Under the pieces are notes generated by a model. That model searched no databases and was not told the origin of the DNA. It was given only the letters and a program-made list of their open reading frames with translations. From a virus (lineage: Duplodnaviria; Caudoviricetes), in the IMG/VR virus record IMGVR_UViG_3300048783_000012, positions 1 through 28,765 of that record: 28,765 nt of DNA; one strand, 5' to 3'. Below, one piece after another: positions 24,086 through 28,765 of this stretch. Every line of letters begins with the position of its first letter. The stretch's first letter is position 1. Made by a program: the position numbers and the translations under genes.

Positions 24086-24280
24086 CTATTCGGACCCGAG
24101 TCCGTCGGCCGGCGCCGGCAATTCCGGTTGCGCGTCGAGCAGCGTCGAGAGCGCGCGCGGCGCGTTCCGCCGGAACGCGTGTGCCGCGCGGTTGACGTCC
24201 TCGGCGGTGATCTGCGCGGCCGCGTCGAGTTCCGCCGGCGACGCGGGCCGGTGCCGCGCGTGTTGCGGCCGCGCCGGCAC
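24086..24280 (-). CDS. Small head-module protein, 64 aa
   Basis: GTG overlaps the portal TAG (TAGTG); ELDAAAQITAEDVNRAAHAFRRNAPRALSTLLDAQ; stop abuts the MuF start. Confidence 0.6.
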   Translation of the reverse strand: MPARPQHARHRPASPAELDAAAQITAEDVNRAAHAFRRNAPRALSTLLDAQPELPAPADGLGSE

Positions 24281-26178
24281 TAGGCGCCGCCGCCGGAATT
24301 GTTGCCGTTCCCCCCGGTGCCCTGACCGGCGTCGGCCGGCGGCGTGTCGCTCGGCGGCGGCCCGCCGGGCGCCGGGTCGCCCGGCTTCGGTGGCGCGTTC
24401 GGGTCGGCGTTCGGGTTCGCGGGGTCGGCGAACTTCGGCACGAGCGCGGCCGCCTCTTTCGGCGTGAACCCGCACAGGATCGCCGCGCCGACGAGATCCG
24501 CGCCGGCCGTCGTCAGTTGCGCGAGCATCGTCGCGCGTTTGATGCCGAGTTCGAGCCGGTTGAGCGGGTCGTTATTCATCTGCTCGATCATCGCGTCGAC
24601 GTCGGCCACGCCAGCGGCCGACATTGCCGCCTCGCGCGCGAGCGTGCCGGCCGTGACGCTGGCGTCGATCGCCGTGCGCTCGTCGCTCGTGATCGGGCCC
24701 GTATCGATCGAGACGTCGAACGTCGCGCGGAGCGTTTTGGTAAACCGCCCGGGCTCGCCGACGAACGCCTCGGCCATCGCGAGCGCCGTCTCGACGAGCC
24801 ATCGGCCCAACGCGTTGACCTCGGTCGCCGTCGCGCGCAACGTCGCCTGGTAGTCGGCGCGCGCTTGCTCGCGCGACGTGTCGCTCGCGACCATCTGCGC
24901 CATCAACACGTGTTCCTGTTTCGCCTCGCGCAACATGGCGCGATAGAGCGTTTCGAGCGTCTCGACGAGCGGCGACGCCTGGCCGGGCTCGCGAAACGTG
25001 ACCGTCGGCGTTGCGAGCGTCGTTTTGCCGGTCGCTTCCTCGACTTGCTTTTGGCCCGTCAGATAGAGCGTCACGCCGCCGCCCGTCGTGTGCTTCGTCG
25101 GCGCGCCGTCTGCCTGCACAAGCTTGCCCGTCGCCGCGTCGCGCGTCCACCCTTTCGGCATCTGCGCATTCGCGATGATCCGTTCGAGCCATCCGGCGGT
25201 GACGACGTTTCGCCCGAGCGCGGTCAACGTAAGGTTGATGCCGCGCTGGATTTGCACCATTTGCGGGGTGATGAAGCGCGAGCGGCTCATTTCGTACATG
25301 GTGAGCCGGCCGCCGAATTCAAGCGGCACGACGGCACCGGCGCCGGCGGTCCCCTCGTCGAGTTGCTTAATGATCGTCTTTCCGGTGCCCGACGAATACA
25401 CGCACTCGGCGCGGCGCGTGCCGGAGTTCGTCCCTTGCACGTTCTGGCCGCCGGTGTAGATCACGACGCCGATCGACTCTTTCGTATCCTCGTCGACGGC
25501 GACGGTCGCATTTTCCGGCAACGGCGCATCGGGCCACACGAACGAGAGTCCCTCGGCGACGTCGGCCGCGCGCGGCACTTGCTTGACCGTGCGCACTCGG
25601 CCCGAGCCGTCGTCGACGTTGACCGGCGCCAGCTTGCCGCGCGGCACGTAGAGCCGGGCCGGCGCGCGGCGCGCGTAGAGCAGCGTCCGCACGTAGCCTT
25701 GCACGATCGCGTGCACCTTGCGCGCGTCCCACCATTCCGTAACCGCGGCCTCGGCCTCGTCAATAAGCGCTTGTTCGGTCGGCGTCGGCGTGTCCGTGTT
25801 TTTGAGGTGCCGCCTGACGGTGAACCCGAACTCGGGCTCGCGCCCGAGCACGCCGGCGACGTGGCGGTCGATCACGTCGGCGAGCGCATTCTCGGACATA
25901 AACGCCGCGTGAATGAGCGCCAGCGCATCGGAGGCGCCCTCGTCCATCGGGCCCGGGCGCGGGCCGATCCAGCCGGCACCGTCGAGCCAATGATCGCCCT
26001 CGATCATGCGGCGCAACGCCGCCGCCGACGTCGCGACGCCGAGCGGGCGCGGCGACGAGTCGACCTTCCCGCCCGACGTCGACGGCGTCGAGATCCCGGC
26101 GATCTCACTGAGCGCGACGGCGCGCGCGACCGTTTGCGTTGCGTCGTTGTACCCGAACGAATCGAACGGCGTCGCCAT
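24280..26178 (-). CDS. Portal protein, 632 aa
   Basis: Follows TerL; GDHWLDGAGWIGP...ENALADVIDRHVAGVLGREP; Pro/Gly-rich tail. Confidence 0.85.
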   Translation of the reverse strand: MATPFDSFGYNDATQTVARAVALSEIAGISTPSTSGGKVDSSPRPLGVATSAAALRRMIEGDHWLDGAGWIGPRPGPMDEGASDALALIHAAFMSENALADVIDRHVAGVLGREPEFGFTVRRHLKNTDTPTPTEQALIDEAEAAVTEWWDARKVHAIVQGYVRTLLYARRAPARLYVPRGKLAPVNVDDGSGRVRTVKQVPRAADVAEGLSFVWPDAPLPENATVAVDEDTKESIGVVIYTGGQNVQGTNSGTRRAECVYSSGTGKTIIKQLDEGTAGAGAVVPLEFGGRLTMYEMSRSRFITPQMVQIQRGINLTLTALGRNVVTAGWLERIIANAQMPKGWTRDAATGKLVQADGAPTKHTTGGGVTLYLTGQKQVEEATGKTTLATPTVTFREPGQASPLVETLETLYRAMLREAKQEHVLMAQMVASDTSREQARADYQATLRATATEVNALGRWLVETALAMAEAFVGEPGRFTKTLRATFDVSIDTGPITSDERTAIDASVTAGTLAREAAMSAAGVADVDAMIEQMNNDPLNRLELGIKRATMLAQLTTAGADLVGAAILCGFTPKEAAALVPKFADPANPNADPNAPPKPGDPAPGGPPPSDTPPADAGQGTGGNGNNSGGGA

Positions 26179-26265
26179 AGCGAAAGGAAGCGAGGAGCGG
26201 AGCGCGCCGTGCGCGACGGGTGACGTGCGGGCACTTACCGAATACGGTCCAACCTACCGCCAAAC

Positions 26266-27909
26266 TTACGAGTAATCCACCACGGCGACCGATCCGTCGC
26301 CGTGGTCATCCTCACCGACCGGCGGGCCGGACGACTCGTCCGCGCCCTCGCCGGTCTCGGATAGGACGTAGATCGCCAGCCAATCATAGGCGACCGCGAG
26401 CGCGTCGGCGTCGTCATCGTTGCCCGACTTGAAGTCCGTCCGCGAGAGGTTCGCGAGCAACCGGTCGGCCCACCCCGAGCCGTCGTCGACGATGTAGAAG
26501 CGGCCGCCCTCGATCTCGCTCGCCACGGGCCCCGCGCGGATCTCTTTATTCTCGCTCGACCGCACGAGGCTAGAGCGATACCCGGCGCACAGCCGCCGGA
26601 ACGCGCGCGCATCGGTGACGCCAGCGGCGCCGGGCTCTTGCTCGCCCCGTTGGTACACGACGAGGCCATCCGAGACCACGGTCGCGCGAATGTGCGCATC
26701 GCGCGGCCCGACGCTCCATTGCCCCGACGTGTAGCCGGTAATGAAAAAGTCGGCGTTCCGATCGTACCCGACGCGGACGCTCGACGTCCAATCGCTATCG
26801 CCCGGCGGATTATCGGGCGCGATCGTGCGCCAATCGCCGCACCCTTGCGTCGCCGCGCGGTCCCACCCGCGGCAGATACGCACGAGCGGCGGTGCGTGCT
26901 TGACCCGCTGGATCATCTTCGTCGCGAAGAAACCGCCCTCGCGCGGCGCCGGCCGTTGCTGGTACAGGCAACGCCAGCGGTAGCCGTTCGGGCCGCCCAT
27001 GCGGCGCCGGATCTTGCGGAGTCGCTCGATCGGCCACCGTTCCGGCCACAGCGCGTCACCGTCGCGGCGCGGGTCCGGCTCGACGGTGACGGTCGGCGGG
27101 AGTTCCTCGCGCCACGCCTCGAACTCGCGCCGCTCGTGAATCGCATCGAACGCGATCACGTGCCACCCTTCCGGCGTATCCTCGGCCGTGCGCTCGGCTT
27201 GGAGCAGCGAGCCGACGAGGTCGGACTCGTGCCAGCGCGTCAGCACGAGCACGATCGCGGCGCCTGGCGCTTGCCGCGTGTAGAACGTCGAGTCATAGAA
27301 CGACGCGACCGCCTCGCGCACCGTTTCCGACTGTGCCTCGCGCTCGCTCTTGTACGGGTCGTCGATGATGCCGAGGGAAAACCCCTTGCCCATGATGCCG
27401 CCGCCGACACCGCTCGAAAACACGCCGCCGCCATCCGGCGTTTCCCAATGCGTTGCCGCGGCGACCTCGGGTGCGATCGCGCCGCCGGTGCGCACGTAGT
27501 AGCGCCGAGCGGCGCGCGAGTGTCCGCGGGCGAGCGTGTCGCCGAACCCGACGATCGCCGTAAAGAGATCGGGGTGCCGGTAGAGGAAATACCCGGGCAA
27601 CAGACGCGAGATTAGCTCGCTCTTGCCGTGGCGCGGCGGCTCGCACACGATCAGTCGCAACAGCAACCCGTCGGCGATGTCCTGGCATCGCGCGATCAGA
27701 AGTTCGTTATGCCACGCGAAAACAAACTTGGGTTGCGCGCGCTGGATCCATTCGCGGAACGTAAGCAACCGCTCGCGCCGTCCCTCGACGAGCGCGAATA
27801 GCTGCATACGCTCGACGGGCGCGAGGTAGCGGAGCGCCTCGCGGAGTGCCTCGGGTGTGATCGCCGCCGGGTCTGCGAGCGCGCTCGATAGCGCGTCGCC
27901 CTCGATCAC
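26266..27909 (-). CDS. terL: Terminase large subunit, 547 aa
   Basis: Walker A PPRHGKSEL, Walker B LGIIDDP, LTRWHESDL, YQQRP, and nuclease acidic motifs GWDRA, EQEPG, DDDADA. Confidence 0.95.
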   Translation of the reverse strand: MIEGDALSSALADPAAITPEALREALRYLAPVERMQLFALVEGRRERLLTFREWIQRAQPKFVFAWHNELLIARCQDIADGLLLRLIVCEPPRHGKSELISRLLPGYFLYRHPDLFTAIVGFGDTLARGHSRAARRYYVRTGGAIAPEVAAATHWETPDGGGVFSSGVGGGIMGKGFSLGIIDDPYKSEREAQSETVREAVASFYDSTFYTRQAPGAAIVLVLTRWHESDLVGSLLQAERTAEDTPEGWHVIAFDAIHERREFEAWREELPPTVTVEPDPRRDGDALWPERWPIERLRKIRRRMGGPNGYRWRCLYQQRPAPREGGFFATKMIQRVKHAPPLVRICRGWDRAATQGCGDWRTIAPDNPPGDSDWTSSVRVGYDRNADFFITGYTSGQWSVGPRDAHIRATVVSDGLVVYQRGEQEPGAAGVTDARAFRRLCAGYRSSLVRSSENKEIRAGPVASEIEGGRFYIVDDGSGWADRLLANLSRTDFKSGNDDDADALAVAYDWLAIYVLSETGEGADESSGPPVGEDDHGDGSVAVVDYS

Positions 27910-28103
27910 GGCGTGCCGGGCGCGCCGGGCGCCGACAAGCGCGGCCGCCGCAACAGCGTGAGGCGATGCAGCGGCCAGAACTCGGTAACGTCTCGCCCGC
28001 GAGACCGCGTCGCGATTGTCGCGCGCTCGCCGTCGATCGAGATAATGCGGCCGGTCGTGAATCCGGCAACGTCGACCGTGTCGCCGACCCGCAAATCCGT
28101 CAC
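27906..28103 (-). CDS. Small SH3/KOW-like beta-barrel protein, 65 aa
   Basis: Start re-called to GTG 28103 (GTGA overlap); LRVGDTVDV...GRIISIDGERATI...FWPLHRL. Confidence 0.6.
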   Translation of the reverse strand: MTDLRVGDTVDVAGFTTGRIISIDGERATIATRSRGRDVTEFWPLHRLTLLRRPRLSAPGAPGTP

Positions 28104-28555
28104 GGCTCCGACAACGGGCACGCGGTCCAGTACACGCGGCCGAGGAACGCCACCGCGCCGAGCAGTCCGACGAGGTGCGTCCAATCGCGCGGCATGTGGA
28201 GCGCCGACGGAAACACGAACCCGCCGAACACGTTGAGCGCGAGCGCGCATGCGGTGTGCTCGTCGCGGAGATATTGCACCGACCATCGCCACCCGCCCGC
28301 GTTCGGCCCGACGTAGCGCCACCCGAGCGGCCGCCACCCGCACCACTCCATCGCGACGAACCGGCCAGCGATCACGAGCAGCGCGCCGAGGGTCCACGCG
28401 CCCCACCACGGGAACCCGGCACCGTGCACGAGCGCCCAGGCCAGCACGAACCCGGCGGCGACGCGCAACGTGTGGTGCACGAACCGCGGCGCGGTGATCG
28501 GGCCGTGCGTCACTTCCTCGACGAGCCGGCCGCGGCGGAAGCTATTGGCCGTCAC
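28100..28555 (-). CDS. Trp-rich integral membrane protein (about 4 TM), 151 aa
   Basis: GTG 28555 overlaps the upstream TGA; four hydrophobic segments. Confidence 0.65.
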   Translation of the reverse strand: MTANSFRRGRLVEEVTHGPITAPRFVHHTLRVAAGFVLAWALVHGAGFPWWGAWTLGALLVIAGRFVAMEWCGWRPLGWRYVGPNAGGWRWSVQYLRDEHTACALALNVFGGFVFPSALHMPRDWTHLVGLLGAVAFLGRVYWTACPLSEP

Positions 28556-28764
28556 GGGTAACACTTCCGCGCCGTCTCGTATTGCTCGCGCCAGTAGGCG
28601 ACGCGCCCCGTAGCCGCTTCGAGGTCCGTCAGCGCGCGGCCAAGCGATTCGTTCCGGTACTGTATCGCGCGATAGACGTCGCGTTGCAAATCGTCGAGCG
28701 CGGTGCGCACAAGTTCCGCGCGGCGCTCGATCGTCGAACCCCTTTGCGCCTCGACGAGATCGCG
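28552..28764 (-). CDS. Helical protein, C-terminal part (5' end beyond window)
   Basis: Open frame RDLVEAQRGSTIERRAELVRTALDDLQRD...YWREQYETARKCYP ending at a TGA that overlaps the next GTG. Confidence 0.55.
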   Translation of the reverse strand, partial: RDLVEAQRGSTIERRAELVRTALDDLQRDVYRAIQYRNESLGRALTDLEAATGRVAYWREQYETARKCYP

Positions 28765-28765
28765 C

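Larger units (their letters stand above)
1..28765 (-). mobile_element. Tailed phage / prophage segment (siphovirus-like): packaging, head, tail, lysis and accessory modules
   Basis: Canonical gene order TerL-portal-MuF-scaffold-decoration-capsid-connectors-major tail-chaperone-tape measure-distal tail-hub-lysis, with many GTGA/ATGA start-stop overlaps. No integrase, att site or host gene in the window, so free phage and prophage cannot be distinguished. Confidence 0.95.

Noticed and set aside
26179-26265. Possible late promoter between terL and portal (CGGTAA shared with the scaffold upstream region)
   Set aside because: Only a 6-bp match with no consistent -35 spacing; insufficient support.
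1799-27480. Frequent GCGATCGC (HIP1) suggesting a cyanobacterial host
   Set aside because: About a dozen copies by eye, plausibly explained by Ala-Ile-Ala codons (GCG ATC GCN) and general CG/TCGA richness; not tested statistically.

Overview
The window is the larger part of a very GC-rich (roughly 70% by eye) siphovirus-type tailed phage or prophage, with nearly all genes on the minus strand. From right to left the order is: small genes, terminase large subunit, portal, MuF-like protein, scaffold, decoration protein, major capsid, head-tail connectors, major tail, tail chaperone with a GGGAAAC -1 frameshift, tape measure, distal tail, a 1223-aa hub/adhesin, and a four-gene lysis module with a CHAP endolysin. 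About 5 kb of small accessory genes follow. The most striking unexplained structure is a repeated regulatory cassette found six times. It is a sigma70-type promoter whose spacer holds a 17-bp dyad operator (consensus TAGGGCCG-N-CGGCCCTA), and four copies are followed by a GCGGC-N4/5-GCCGC leader hairpin. Five copies drive the accessory genes, including an HTH gene cut off at the left edge that is a candidate autoregulated repressor. The sixth drives a two-gene antisense 'moron' in the head operon, whose stop codon overlaps the MuF stop inside a long inverted repeat. The lysis module has no recognisable lipoprotein spanin; instead it encodes a candidate single-chain envelope-spanning protein. 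Its signal peptides and D-S/T motifs suggest a high-GC FCB-group host such as Gemmatimonadota (inference). All family assignments come from motif recognition by eye; no searches were run.
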